Part shown: piece by piece, positions 9,407 to 19,330 of the stretch | Numbering within the stretch: position 1 is the first letter of the stretch | Layout: every line of letters begins with the position of its first letter | Assembly: GCA_965223415.1 (NCBI GenBank) | Contig: OZ245002.1 | Span: 5,696,001 to 5,760,000, forward strand | Direction of reading: 5' to 3' | DNA length: 64,000 bases | Origin: Myxococcota bacterium | Lineage (GTDB): Bacteria; Myxococcota_A; UBA9160; UBA6930 | Notes under the pieces: generated by a model | The model's input: the letters and a program-made list of their open reading frames with translations, nothing else | The model's database searches: none | Told to the model about the DNA's origin: nothing | Translations under genes and position numbers: made by a program

Positions 9407-9859
9407 GAGCTCGATGGGATGGCGTTCGCCGGCGAGGGGAAGGACGAAGCTGCCGGCCTCCTCCTCGACGGCCTGGAGCAGCTCCGCGTGGGCACCGTGG
9501 AGGAAGCGCGCGGGGAGGCCCTCGGGCACGAGATCGCGCTTCACCTGGCAGATCAGCGCCTCGTCGATGGGCGAGAGGCGCAGGCTGGCCGGGTCGAGGA
9601 TCTCCCGGCTGCGGTCCGAGAGCTCGATGCGCCCGCTCTCCGGGTCGAAGGTGCGCACGAAGAAGCCGCACTCCTCCACCTCGATCTCGCCGCGGAAGTG
9701 GCGCAGGGTGACGACGTACTTGCCTTCCTCGGGCAGGTAGCGGACCGAGCGGTCGAAGTGCTCCCGGAGCTTGCGGTGGCGGATGGGCTCGCCCTCGTGG
9801 GTGAAGCGCCCGTCGTGGTGGAGCACGAGGCCGAAGGGAGAGAGCGGCGGCCCCTTCAA
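9404..9859 (-). CDS. DUF1285-like hypothetical protein
   Basis: DGRFTHEGEPI...IEVEECGFFV pattern; TTG start overlaps the upstream TGA. Confidence 0.6.
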   Translation of the reverse strand: MKGPPLSPFGLVLHHDGRFTHEGEPIRHRKLREHFDRSVRYLPEEGKYVVTLRHFRGEIEVEECGFFVRTFDPESGRIELSDRSREILDPASLRLSPIDEALICQVKRDLVPEGLPARFLHGAHAELLQAVEEEAGSFVLPLAGERHPIEL

Positions 9860-10122
9860 GGCGCGGCGAGCGGCTCGCCGAGGGCCTCGGCCTGGGCCGC
9901 GCCATCCCGGCGCACCCGCCAGACGCCCAGCAGGTCGTAGCGCAGCCACAGCACCACCCGGTCGAAGCCCTGACCTTCCGGGTCGCGGTAGATCCACTTC
10001 TCGTTCCAGCGCACGCCATGCTCCTCGCGGGTGCGCGGCTCGTTGGCGCTGCCCTCCTGGTCCGTCGGCTCGCCGAAGCGGGCGGCCACGGCGCCGCGAT
10101 CCCAGCCGTTCACCGATCGCAT
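9856..10122 (-). CDS. Small hypothetical protein (88 aa)
   Basis: Fills the gap downstream of nuoD; stop coupled to the next gene's start. Confidence 0.55.
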   Translation of the reverse strand: MRSVNGWDRGAVAARFGEPTDQEGSANEPRTREEHGVRWNEKWIYRDPEGQGFDRVVLWLRYDLLGVWRVRRDGAAQAEALGEPLAAP

Positions 10123-10144
10123 TCGTCGCCGCGGGTGTGCGAGC

Positions 10145-11338
10145 TCATCGGTCGCACTCGCCGCCCACCATGTTGAGGAAGTCGAAGGTCGGGATCAGGT
10201 CCGCGAGCATCGCGCCCTCCACCATCAGCGGGAGGGGCGCCAGGTTCAGGAAGCTCGGCGGCCGGCAGCGCACCTTCACCGGGCGCTCGCTGCCGTCGGA
10301 CACGAGGTAGAAGCCGAGCTCGCCGTTCGCCGACTCGATGGCAGAGTAGCCCTCCCCTGCCGGCACCTTCGGGCCTTCGGTCACGGACTTGAAGTGCTGG
10401 ATCATCTCCTCCATGCGATTGAATACGCCGGCCTTGGCAGGCCAGCGCACGCGAGGATCGTCCACGTCCACCGGGCCCGCGCCGAGGGCCGCGAGCCGGC
10501 CAACACACTGCTCGACGATGCGCAGGCTCTGGTGCATCTCCTCGACGCACACCAGGTAGCGATCGTAGTTGTCGCCGACGGTGCCGACGGGCACGTCGAA
10601 GTCGAGCTCCCCGTACACCAGGTAGGGCTCGTCTTTACGCAGGTCGAGGGGCACCCCGGAGGCGCGCAGCACCGGCCCGGTCACGGCGTAACGGATGCAG
10701 TCCTCCTTGGAGACGACGCCGACGTCCTTCAGCCGGTCCACGAAGATGCGGTTGCGGGTGACGACGCCCTCGAAGTCCGCCAGCAGGCGCCGGATCTTGG
10801 CGACGAGCTCCTCGGCCTGGGCGGGGAAGCCCTCGGGCATGGCGTGGCGCACGCCGCCGATGCGCACGAAGTTCGAGGTCACCCGGGCACCACACAGCGC
10901 CTCGAGCAGGTCCCAGGTGAGCTCGCGAGCCTCGATGCCATAAAGGAAGGGCGTCATCGCCTGCAGCTCGAGGCAGGAAGCGCCGCAGCGGGTGAGGTGA
11001 TCCCCGAGGCGCGAGAGCTCCCCCGCCAGCACCCGCAGCCACTGGCAGCGCTCGGGCGTCTCGATCTCGAGCAGCTTCTCCACGGCCATGCAGAAGCCCA
11101 GGTTCGCCAGTACGGCCGAGTTGTAGTTGAGGCGGTCCGTATAGGGGATGCACTGGTACCAGGAGTGGCTCTCGCACTCCTTCTCGAAGCCCCGGTGCAG
11201 GTAGCCTACCTGCACGTCGAGCCCCCGGATCGTCTCGCCGTCGAGCTCGATCAGGAACTTGACCGTGCCGTGGGTCGCCGGGTGCGACGGCCCCATGTTG
11301 AGGATCTGGTGCTCGGCGTGGAGGTCGGCGGCGCTCAT
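10145..11338 (-). CDS. nuoD: NADH-quinone oxidoreductase subunit D
   Basis: LNMGPSHPATHG, GYLHRGFEK, YTDRLNY, C-terminal GECDR. Confidence 0.93.
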   Translation of the reverse strand: MSAADLHAEHQILNMGPSHPATHGTVKFLIELDGETIRGLDVQVGYLHRGFEKECESHSWYQCIPYTDRLNYNSAVLANLGFCMAVEKLLEIETPERCQWLRVLAGELSRLGDHLTRCGASCLELQAMTPFLYGIEARELTWDLLEALCGARVTSNFVRIGGVRHAMPEGFPAQAEELVAKIRRLLADFEGVVTRNRIFVDRLKDVGVVSKEDCIRYAVTGPVLRASGVPLDLRKDEPYLVYGELDFDVPVGTVGDNYDRYLVCVEEMHQSLRIVEQCVGRLAALGAGPVDVDDPRVRWPAKAGVFNRMEEMIQHFKSVTEGPKVPAGEGYSAIESANGELGFYLVSDGSERPVKVRCRPPSFLNLAPLPLMVEGAMLADLIPTFDFLNMVGGECDR

Positions 11339-11832
11339 GGGCCCGAGCTCCCCGGCCCCGCCAGCGGCTGGCGGCGGGTCTTCGGGTAGTCCTTGCGGAG
11401 CGGATGGCCCTCGAAGGCCTCGTACAGCAGGATCCGGCGCAGGTCCGGATGCCCCTCGAAGCGCAGGCCGTAGAGGTCGAAGACCTCGCGCTCCATCCAG
11501 TCCGCGGAGGCCCAGAGGCCCGTGAGCGAATCGACGACGGCCGCGTCCTCGGGCACCCGCGCCTTGATGCGCAGCCGGTGGTTCCGGGCCACGGAGTAGA
11601 GGTGGTAGACCATCTCGAAGCGCGGCTCCTCGGGCAGGAGGTCCACGCAGGTGAGGTCGGTGAGCATGTCGAAGGCCAGGGCCGGCTCGTCCCGGAGGAA
11701 CGCCATCGCGTCGGGCAGGCGTGCCGGCTCGACCACCGCCGTCGCGTCGCCCAGCCGCGCGTGGGTGGCGACGACGGCGTCGCCCATGGCGTCCAGGAGC
11801 CGGCGCAGGACCTCTGAGCCGTGGTCTTCCAC
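11335..11832 (-). CDS. nuoC: NADH-quinone oxidoreductase subunit C
   Basis: ADWMEREVFDLYG..FEGHPDLRRIL...GHPLRKDYP. Confidence 0.93.
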   Translation of the reverse strand: MEDHGSEVLRRLLDAMGDAVVATHARLGDATAVVEPARLPDAMAFLRDEPALAFDMLTDLTCVDLLPEEPRFEMVYHLYSVARNHRLRIKARVPEDAAVVDSLTGLWASADWMEREVFDLYGLRFEGHPDLRRILLYEAFEGHPLRKDYPKTRRQPLAGPGSSGP

Positions 11833-12402
11833 TCAGCCCTGCTCCTTCGGCGCCTGCTCGCGCTCGTACTCGGCGCGCAGGAACTCGAGGCGCCGCTTCA
11901 GGAGCGGCTCCGGCACGAGGAGGTGCTCCTTCTCGTAGACCAGAGCGTCGCGATCGAAGGCCGCGATCTCCACCTCCCGGCTCATCACGATGGCCTCCTC
12001 CGGGCAGGCCTCCTCGCACAGGCCGCAGAACATGCAGCGGGACATGTCGATCGTGAAGCGCTCCGGATGGCGCTCGATCCCGTCGCCGGGCAGCTCGCCG
12101 GGGACAATCGTGATGCACTTCGTCGGGCAGGCGAACTCGCACAGGCCGCAGGCGACGCAGCGCGGCTTGCCGCTCTCGAGGGCGACCAGGACCGGCATGC
12201 CGCGAAAGGCGTCGGCGTGGTCGACGCGCTCCTCCGGGTACTGCACGACGAAGGCGGTGCTGCGCCCGGTGGCGAAGCCGCGCAGGTTCCGGAAGAAGTG
12301 GCGGCTCGTGACCCACAGGCCCCGAAGGATCATCGGCAGGTAGAGCCGCAGGGCCCAGGTGAGCTTCTCTTCGCGCTGGACGGTGACGACCCGGGCAGCC
12401 AT
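11833..12402 (-). CDS. nuoI: NADH-quinone oxidoreductase subunit I (2x[4Fe-4S])
   Basis: CVACGLCEFACP and CMFCGLCEEACP; QYPEE. Confidence 0.92.
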   Translation of the reverse strand: MAARVVTVQREEKLTWALRLYLPMILRGLWVTSRHFFRNLRGFATGRSTAFVVQYPEERVDHADAFRGMPVLVALESGKPRCVACGLCEFACPTKCITIVPGELPGDGIERHPERFTIDMSRCMFCGLCEEACPEEAIVMSREVEIAAFDRDALVYEKEHLLVPEPLLKRRLEFLRAEYEREQAPKEQG

Positions 12403-12429
12403 TCCGGCTGCGGAGTCTAGCCAGTCTGG

Positions 12430-12945
12430 CTAGATGCGCGTGAAGCGCGCGTCGGAAACGCCCGGATCGAAGGCCTCGAAGAGCGCATCGAGCTCGGCCT
12501 GGGGCACCTCGCCGGGCATGTACTCGATCGAGACGTCCATGCGGACGAGGCCGCCCCGGTGGGGCTGGGCCACGATCCAACGCAGGGCATCGGGCTCGTC
12601 CTGGCTCTCGCCGCGGATCGGGTGGCGGATCACCGCGTTGCCACCCATGCTGAGGCGGCTGATGGCGCCGCCGTAATCGAGGTTGGCCTGCTTGCCGAGC
12701 ATCACGCGGATGTGCTCGACGGTCAGCGCCGTCCCGAAATCCTCGATGTCGCCCTTCACCCAGAGCTCCACGCCGGGCAGCTCCGCGTGGACGAAGCCGA
12801 GCTCGCCCTCGACCTCGCCGTGCAGCTCCCAGGCCTTGGGCACCTGGAAGTGGCCGTAGCCCTGGAGGGTCACGGTCTGGAGCTCCGGCTTCGAGCAGGC
12901 GGCGGCGAGGGAGAGCAGGAGAATCGCGAGGAAGGGTCGGGGCAT
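12430..12945 (-). CDS. Hypothetical lipoprotein
   Basis: GGAGG RBS; MPRPFLAILLLSLAAAC lipobox. Confidence 0.65.
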   Translation of the reverse strand: MPRPFLAILLLSLAAACSKPELQTVTLQGYGHFQVPKAWELHGEVEGELGFVHAELPGVELWVKGDIEDFGTALTVEHIRVMLGKQANLDYGGAISRLSMGGNAVIRHPIRGESQDEPDALRWIVAQPHRGGLVRMDVSIEYMPGEVPQAELDALFEAFDPGVSDARFTRI

Positions 12946-13032
12946 GGCGCCTCCTCCACCCGGGGCATCGACCGATCCACGAACCCCCTTGACCCCATCG
13001 GAGTCGCGTATCCTGGGGCCCGAGGAGGACCC

Positions 13033-13620
13033 GTGCCGCGCATCGAACCCCTCTCCCGGGAGGAGCTCGCCGAATTCGAGCCCTTCTTCCAGGTGGTCGA
13101 GCAGGCGATGGGCTTCGTGCCCACGAGCATGCTCACGATGGGCCGCAACCGGCCGCTCCTCCAGGCCTTCGCCGGCCTCTCCGGGACCATCCTTGCCGGC
13201 GGAAGCCTGGAGCCGAGCCTCCGGGCCCTGATCTCCTACGTGGCCAGCCGTGCCGCCGGCTGCCTCTACTGCCAGGCCCACACCGGGCACACGGCCCACC
13301 GGAGCGGCGTGTCCGAGGAGAAGCTGCAGGCCGCCTTCGAGTCCGAGACCCACCCCCTCTTCGACGAGAAGGAGCGGGCCGCCCTGCGGGTCGCCCATCA
13401 TGCGGCGCTCGTTCCGAACGCGGTGGAGGACGCCCACTTCGCAGAGCTGAAGCAGCATTTCGACGACGCGGAGATCGTGGACATCGTCTCGGTGATCTCG
13501 CTCTTCGGCTACCTGAACCGCTGGAACGACACGATGGCCACCACCCTCGAGGCGTCGCCCCGCACCTTCGGAGAGCAGACGCTCGCCGGGGGCGGGTGGG
13601 CCGCTGGCAAGCACGCCTGA
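13033..13620 (+). CDS. Carboxymuconolactone decarboxylase/AhpD-like peroxidase family protein
   Basis: GAGGAGG RBS, GTG start; GCLYCQAH, ERAAL, FGYLNRWND. Confidence 0.85.
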   Translation: MPRIEPLSREELAEFEPFFQVVEQAMGFVPTSMLTMGRNRPLLQAFAGLSGTILAGGSLEPSLRALISYVASRAAGCLYCQAHTGHTAHRSGVSEEKLQAAFESETHPLFDEKERAALRVAHHAALVPNAVEDAHFAELKQHFDDAEIVDIVSVISLFGYLNRWNDTMATTLEASPRTFGEQTLAGGGWAAGKHA

Positions 13621-13624
13621 GCGC

Positions 13625-14545
13625 CTAGGCGCCCGCCAGCTCGTCCGCGTGGTAGGAGCTCCGGACGAGGGGACCGGAGGCCACCTCCCGGAAGCCCAGG
13701 GCCCGGGCGCGCACGGCCCAGGCCTCGAACTCGTCCGGCGGCACCCAGCGATCCACCGGGAGGTGATCGTCGCTCGGTCGCAGGTACTGGCCGATCGTGA
13801 GCAGGGTGACGCCGGCGTCGCGCAGGTCGCAGAGGGTGCGGTCGACCTCCTCCTCGCGCTCGCCCATGCCGAGGATGAGCCCGCTCTTCGTCGGCACGTC
13901 TTCCCGCAGCTGACGCGCACGGCGCAGCACGCCGAGGGAGCAGCGGTAGCTCGCCGCGGGCCTCACCTTGCGCTGGAGGCGCTCCACGGTCTCGATGTTG
14001 TGGTTGAGGACGTCCGGGTCCGCGTCGAGCACGCTGTGGAGCGCCGCCTCCTCGCCCTTGTAGTCGGCGATCAGCACCTCGACCCCGGTGTCCGGCGACT
14101 GGGCCCGGATGGCCCGCACCGTGGCCGCCATCTGGCCGGCGCCGCCGTCGGGCAGGTCGTCCCGGGCCACGCAGGTGATCACCGCGTAGCGCAGGCCGAG
14201 CTCCGCCACCGCCCGGGCCACGCGACCCGGCTCGAAGGGGTCGAGCCCGTCAGGCCGCCCGGTGGCGACGTCGCAAAAGCCGCAGCGTCGCGTACAGGTG
14301 TTGCCGCCGATCATGAAGGTGGCGGTGCCGCGGGCCCAGCACTCGCCCAGGTTCGGACAGCTCGCCGAGGAGCAGACCGTGTGGAGCCCCTGGTCCTTCA
14401 CGAGGCGGCTCACCCGCAGCAGCTCGGGGGTCGCCCGCAGGCGCACCTTGAGCCAGCTCGGGCGGTCCTCGTGGACGTTCGGAACCTCACGGTTCTGGGC
14501 CGGCCGCGCGACCCGCTGGTCCCGGGAGCGGAGGTCGTCGCTCAC
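13625..14545 (-). CDS. lipA: Lipoyl synthase
   Basis: CX4CX5C (CSSASCPNLGEC), CX3CX2C (CTRRCGFC), RSSY. Confidence 0.97.
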   Translation of the reverse strand: MSDDLRSRDQRVARPAQNREVPNVHEDRPSWLKVRLRATPELLRVSRLVKDQGLHTVCSSASCPNLGECWARGTATFMIGGNTCTRRCGFCDVATGRPDGLDPFEPGRVARAVAELGLRYAVITCVARDDLPDGGAGQMAATVRAIRAQSPDTGVEVLIADYKGEEAALHSVLDADPDVLNHNIETVERLQRKVRPAASYRCSLGVLRRARQLREDVPTKSGLILGMGEREEEVDRTLCDLRDAGVTLLTIGQYLRPSDDHLPVDRWVPPDEFEAWAVRARALGFREVASGPLVRSSYHADELAGA

Positions 14546-15195
14546 GGGAACGCCCTGGCGAAGGCGCTGGCCACCGCCTCCCGGGTCCGCATGAAGAGGA
14601 TCGGGCTCGACGGCGTGTCCAGCTCCCGGGCCACGCTCGTCATCGAGACGTCGTGGAGCCCGCAGGGAACGATCACGTCGAACTCCGCCGGGTCGAGGGT
14701 CACGTTGAGGGCGAAGCCGTGGTACGTGATCCAGCCCTTCACGCCGACGCCGATCGAGGCGAGCTTCCGCAAGGGCTGCGAGCCAGCGGCGAACACGCCG
14801 GTCTTTCCGGGCTCGGGCGCGGCGGGAACGCCCAGCTCGGAGAGGGCGTCGATCAGGCAGCCTTCCAGCGTGCGCAGCCAGCTCACGACGTCCGGCGTTC
14901 CCCGCGCGGCGAGATCGACCACCGCGTAACCGACGAGCTGGCCGCGGCCGTGGTAGGTGACGTCGCCACCGCGGGCCACGTGGTGGAGCTCGATGCCCCG
15001 GGCCTGGAGCGCGGCCTCGGGCACCCGCAGGTTCTCCGGCCTGGCGCTGCGCCCGAAGGTGACGACCGGCGGGTGTTCGAGGAGCAGCAGCCGGTCGGGA
15101 ACGCTCCCGGCCCGGCGGTCCTCGACGGCCTGCTTCTGCAGGTCGAGGGCGGTGCCGTAGGGCACCGGGCCGAGCCAGTCGATCTGGAGCGCCAT
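14542..15195 (-). CDS. lipB: Lipoyl(octanoyl) transferase
   Basis: LLEHPPVVT, RGGDVTYHG.GQ, KLASIG, HGFALN, PCG. Confidence 0.95.
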   Translation of the reverse strand: MALQIDWLGPVPYGTALDLQKQAVEDRRAGSVPDRLLLLEHPPVVTFGRSARPENLRVPEAALQARGIELHHVARGGDVTYHGRGQLVGYAVVDLAARGTPDVVSWLRTLEGCLIDALSELGVPAAPEPGKTGVFAAGSQPLRKLASIGVGVKGWITYHGFALNVTLDPAEFDVIVPCGLHDVSMTSVARELDTPSSPILFMRTREAVASAFARAFP

Positions 15196-15218
15196 GGAAG
15201 GAGCCTAGCGGCGGGGCG

Positions 15219-16475
15219 TCAGAGGTCGAAATCGGCCTCTTCGAGGAGCTCGCGGATCCGGTAGAGGAAGCCGTTCGCGGGCGCGCCGTCGACGGCGCGG
15301 TGATCGTAGGAGAGGGCCAGGTGCATCATCGGCCGGATCACGATGGCGTCGGCCCCTTCCATCTCGCGAACCACCGGTCGCTTCACCATCTCGCCCATGC
15401 GCAGGATGCCGACCTGGGGCTGGTTGATGATGGCGAAGCCGTAGAGGTTGCCCTGCCGGCCCGGGTTCGACACGGTGAAGGTGCCGCCCTGGAGATCGTC
15501 CGCCGAGAGCTTCTTCGAGCGGGCGCGGCTCGAGAGGTCCTCGATCTCCGCCGCCAGGCCGGACATCGACAGCCGGTCCGCGTTGCGCACCACCGGCACG
15601 ACCAGGCCCTTCTCGGTCTCCACCGCGATCCCGATGTGGATGTCGCGCTTCTCGACGATGGCGTCCTCGATGACGGACGCGTTCAGGATCGGGAACTCCC
15701 GCAGCGCCCGGACCGCGGCGTGGACGATGAAGGGGAGGAAGGTGAGGTTGAACCCGTGGGCCTCCTTGAAGGCGGCCTTCGAGCGGGCGCGCAGTGCTGC
15801 CACGCCGCCCATGTCGACCTCGGCCACGGTGCCCACGTGGGGGCTCGTGTGCTTCGAGTACACCATGTGCTCGGCCACGATCTTCCGCAGCGGCGACATG
15901 GGGACGACCTTGTCGCCCTCCTGGATCGCGTAGTAGCCGAAGCGCTGCTTGGCGCCCTCCAGGTGGGGAGCGGGCGGCGGCGCCGCGGCGGGCGCCTTGA
16001 TGTGCACGGGCTCCGGCGGGGGCGCCGGCGCGGCCGCGGCGGCCGGCGCGCCGCCGGCGCGCTCCACGTCGGCCCGGGTGATGCGACCGGAGACGCCCGT
16101 GCCCTCGACGCCGGCGAGGTCCACGCCCCGATCGGCGGCGAGCCGCTCGGCCACCGGGGTGGCCCGCACCGCGTCGCCGGAGGCGCCCGCAGGCGCGGCT
16201 GCGGCGGCCGGCGGCGGCGCCGAGGCGCCGGCGGAAGCGTCGGCATCGATGCGGGCGATCTCGGCACCCACCGGAACCGTCTCCCCCTCCGCTGCCAGGA
16301 GCCCGACCACGACGCCGGCTTCCGGCGCGGGGATCTCCGCGTCGACCTTGTCGGTGGTCACCTCGACCAGCGGCTGGTCCCGCTCGACGGCCTCGCCCTC
16401 CTTGACGAGCCACTTGGCGATGGTGGCCTCGACGACGCTCTCTCCGAGCTCGGGCAACACGACGGCAACGGGCAT
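15219..16475 (-). CDS. 2-oxoacid dehydrogenase E2 dihydrolipoamide acyltransferase (SucB-like)
   Basis: Lipoyl domain TDKV, E3-binding GTGVSGRIT, catalytic DHRAVDG. Confidence 0.92.
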   Translation of the reverse strand: MPVAVVLPELGESVVEATIAKWLVKEGEAVERDQPLVEVTTDKVDAEIPAPEAGVVVGLLAAEGETVPVGAEIARIDADASAGASAPPPAAAAAPAGASGDAVRATPVAERLAADRGVDLAGVEGTGVSGRITRADVERAGGAPAAAAAPAPPPEPVHIKAPAAAPPPAPHLEGAKQRFGYYAIQEGDKVVPMSPLRKIVAEHMVYSKHTSPHVGTVAEVDMGGVAALRARSKAAFKEAHGFNLTFLPFIVHAAVRALREFPILNASVIEDAIVEKRDIHIGIAVETEKGLVVPVVRNADRLSMSGLAAEIEDLSSRARSKKLSADDLQGGTFTVSNPGRQGNLYGFAIINQPQVGILRMGEMVKRPVVREMEGADAIVIRPMMHLALSYDHRAVDGAPANGFLYRIRELLEEADFDL

Positions 16476-16500
16476 GACGGGTCTCCGCGGTCTTTGGGGA

Positions 16501-17895
16501 CTAGAAGTGGATCGCCCGGCCCTCGGCGGCCAACGCCGCCTCGAGCAGCGCTTCCGAGAGGGTCGGATGGGCGTGACTGGTGGAGGCGATCTCGGTCGTG
16601 GTCGCCTCCAGGGTGAGGGCGAGGCCGATCTCGGGCAACAGCTCGGTGGCACCGCGACCGACCAGATGGGCGCCGACGACCTGCCCGTACTCCGGCTCTG
16701 CCACGATCTTCACGAAGCCCGCCGTGTGGGCGGCAGCGATCGCCTTGCCCGAGGCGGTGAAGGGGAACTTGCCCACCTTCGCGTCGCCGTAGCGCTCCCG
16801 AGCCTGGGCCTCGGTGAGCCCGATCCAGGCCACCTGGGGCTGGGCGTAGATGCAGGCGGGGATGCGCCCGTGGTCGAGGCGGGGACGGTCGACGCCGGCC
16901 ACGTACTCCACTGCGGCGATGCCCTCCTCCGTCGCCTTGTGGGCCAGGAGCGCCCCGCCGGCCAGGTCGCCGATGGCGGACACACTGGCGACGGAGCTGC
17001 GCTGGGTGTCGTCCACCCGCACGAAGCCCTTGGCGTCGAGCTGCACGCCGACCTCCTCCAGGCCGAGATCGGCGGAGAGGGGCCGCCGGCCGATGGCGGC
17101 CAACACCCGGTCGCAGGCCAGCTCCTCGCTCTGGCCCTCCTTCGAGACGGTGACGACCACGCCGCTCGCGTCCTGCTTCAGCGCCTCGTAGCGGGTCCCC
17201 AGCCTCACCTCGATGTTCTTGCGCCGGAACTCCCGCTGCAGCGCGGCGGCGACGTCCGGATCGGCGCCCGGCAGCATCTGGTCGGCCATCTCGACGATGG
17301 TCACCTGGGCGCCGTACATGGCGTAGACGTAGGCGAACTCGACGCCCACGGCGCCAGCACCGATCACCACCAGCCGGGACGGCACCTGCCGGCTCTCCAG
17401 GGCCTCGCGGGAGGTCAGCACCCGCTCGCCATCCACGTCGAGGCCGGGGGGCACCCATTCGCTCGAGCCCGTGGCGAGGAGCACCTGGTCCGCCTCCACC
17501 AGCGCCTCGTCGTTGACGCTCACGCTGTTCGGCCCGGCCAGGCGGCCGTAGCCGGGGATGAGCTCGATCTGGTTCTTCTTGAGCAGGCCCTGGACGCCCT
17601 TGCACAGGCGGTCGGCGGTCTTGCGGCTGTGCTCGACGAGCTTGCCGTAGTCGAGGACCAGGCCGGCGGTGGTGATGCCGAAGGTCTCCCCGTGCCGGGT
17701 CAGGTCTTCCACCAGCTCGGCCCCCGAGAGAAGGGCCTTGGTGGGAATGCAGCCCCAGTTGAGGCAGACGCCGCCCACGCGATCCCTTTCGATCACGGCG
17801 ACCTTCATACCCAGCTGGGCCGCACGGATGGCGGCGACGTAGCCCCCGGGCCCCGCGCCCACCACGGCGAGATCGAACCGACCAGCGGCGCTCAA
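16501..17895 (-). CDS. lpdA: Dihydrolipoyl dehydrogenase (E3)
   Basis: GAGPGGY, GGVCLNWGCIPTK, HPTLSE; TTG start after GAGGAGG. Confidence 0.95.
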   Translation of the reverse strand: MSAAGRFDLAVVGAGPGGYVAAIRAAQLGMKVAVIERDRVGGVCLNWGCIPTKALLSGAELVEDLTRHGETFGITTAGLVLDYGKLVEHSRKTADRLCKGVQGLLKKNQIELIPGYGRLAGPNSVSVNDEALVEADQVLLATGSSEWVPPGLDVDGERVLTSREALESRQVPSRLVVIGAGAVGVEFAYVYAMYGAQVTIVEMADQMLPGADPDVAAALQREFRRKNIEVRLGTRYEALKQDASGVVVTVSKEGQSEELACDRVLAAIGRRPLSADLGLEEVGVQLDAKGFVRVDDTQRSSVASVSAIGDLAGGALLAHKATEEGIAAVEYVAGVDRPRLDHGRIPACIYAQPQVAWIGLTEAQARERYGDAKVGKFPFTASGKAIAAAHTAGFVKIVAEPEYGQVVGAHLVGRGATELLPEIGLALTLEATTTEIASTSHAHPTLSEALLEAALAAEGRAIHF

Positions 17896-17963
17896 CGGGC
17901 TCCCCTCCTCGACGTTCCGCTCACCGCCCTCCTCCATCGGCCGCCGATGCGGCCCGCTTGACG

Positions 17964-18539
17964 CTAGGCAAGCCCGGGAAGCTCCGCGATCTCCCGGTGG
18001 CGGCCGCCGGCGGGCACCTTCTCGGCCTGGACCCGGGCCTGGAGCTTGATCAGGCCGTCGAGCACGGCCTCGGGGCGTGGCGGGCAGCCCGGGATGTAGA
18101 CGTCGACCGGAACGATCGTGTCGATGCCCTGGACCGTGGCGTAGTTGTCGTAGGGCCCGCCGGAGCAGGTGCAGGCCCCGAAGGCGATGACCCACTTCGG
18201 CTCGGCCATCTGGTCGTAGACCTTCTTCAGGATCGGGGCCTGCCGGTGGGTGATCGTGCCCACCACCATGAGCAGGTCGCTCTGGCGCGGCGAGAAGCGC
18301 GGAAGCGCGCACCCGAAGCGGTCCATGTCGTAGCGCGGCCCGGCCACGGACATGTACTCCATCCCGCAGCAGGCGGTGACGAAGGGGTAGATGAACATCG
18401 AGTACTTGCGAGCCCAGTTCAGCACCGCGTCGCCGCGGGTCGTCAGGAAGGAGTCGCTTCCCTGGCGGAGCAGCTCGACCATCTGGTCGGCGCGCTCTTG
18501 GGGCGTCGTGCCCGTGATGCGGGGAGGAGTCGGATCCAA
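17964..18539 (-). CDS. nuoB: NADH-quinone oxidoreductase subunit B
   Basis: TACCGME, SPRQSD, GAC, YIPGCPPRPE. Confidence 0.93.
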   Translation of the reverse strand: MDPTPPRITGTTPQERADQMVELLRQGSDSFLTTRGDAVLNWARKYSMFIYPFVTACCGMEYMSVAGPRYDMDRFGCALPRFSPRQSDLLMVVGTITHRQAPILKKVYDQMAEPKWVIAFGACTCSGGPYDNYATVQGIDTIVPVDVYIPGCPPRPEAVLDGLIKLQARVQAEKVPAGGRHREIAELPGLA

Positions 18540-18613
18540 CGCCAGTCTCCCTGAGGCAGGCCAGGATAGCCGCTAGACTCGGCCTCGCTCGGAGCGGTGG
18601 GGGGTGGCCAACC

Positions 18614-19330
18614 ATGGCGGAGGCGCAGGCGCGGAAGGGGTCGCTGGCGCTGGCCTGGGCGGTCCACGCGCTGACCGCGAGCGGCGCGGTGGTGGCGCTG
18701 GTCGCGACCCTCGCGGCGGCCCGCGGCGACCTCCCGGCCGCCGCCTTGTGGATGCTGGTTGCCCTGGCGATCGACTCGGTGGACGGCACCCTCGCCCGGG
18801 CAGCGCGGGTCGCGGAGCTCCTGCCCGGCTTCGACGGCCGGCGCCTCGACGACCTGGTCGACTACCTGAACTACGTGATCGTCCCGGCGCTCTTCCTGGT
18901 GTTCGCCGGCTGCGTGCCGCACTGGGGCTGGGTCGCCCTGCCCGTCCTGGCCAGCGCCTACGGCTTCTCTCAGAGCGACGCCAAGACCGAGGACCACTTC
19001 TTCCTGGGCTTCCCGTCCTACTGGAACGTGGTCGCCATCTACGCCTGGGCCCTCGGGCTCACGCCCTGGGTCACGGTGGCGTGGCTGGTCGGGCTCACCA
19101 TCGCCGTCTTCGTGCCGCTCAAGTACCTCTACCCGAGCCGCATGGCCTTCCTCTTCTACACGACGAACGCCGGCGCGGCACTGTGGACCGCCGTCGTCGC
19201 CGCGGCCATCGCCTGGCCGGAGCGGCTCGGGCACCTGCACCTGATCGAGCTTTCGCTCCTCTATCCGGCCTACTACGTGGCCGTATCGATCTGGCTCGGA
19301 GGATTGCAGCGAAGGCAGGGCAGCCACTAG
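18614..19330 (+). CDS. pcs: CDP-alcohol phosphatidyltransferase, phosphatidylcholine synthase-like
   Basis: VHALTASG, DSVDGTLAR...FDG..LDDLVDYLNY, FLGFPSYWN. Confidence 0.8.
   Translation: MAEAQARKGSLALAWAVHALTASGAVVALVATLAAARGDLPAAALWMLVALAIDSVDGTLARAARVAELLPGFDGRRLDDLVDYLNYVIVPALFLVFAGCVPHWGWVALPVLASAYGFSQSDAKTEDHFFLGFPSYWNVVAIYAWALGLTPWVTVAWLVGLTIAVFVPLKYLYPSRMAFLFYTTNAGAALWTAVVAAAIAWPERLGHLHLIELSLLYPAYYVAVSIWLGGLQRRQGSH

Noticed and set aside
10145..12402. Group 4 [NiFe]-hydrogenase instead of complex I subunits
   Set aside because: The large subunit lacks the N- and C-terminal CxxC Ni ligands and has NuoD motifs (HPATHG, DRLNY, GECDR).
13033..13620. Additional selenoproteins (AhpD-like gene; also the rhodanese at 1957)
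   Set aside because: Both families include Sec members, but these copies have ordinary Cys codons and no in-frame TGA.
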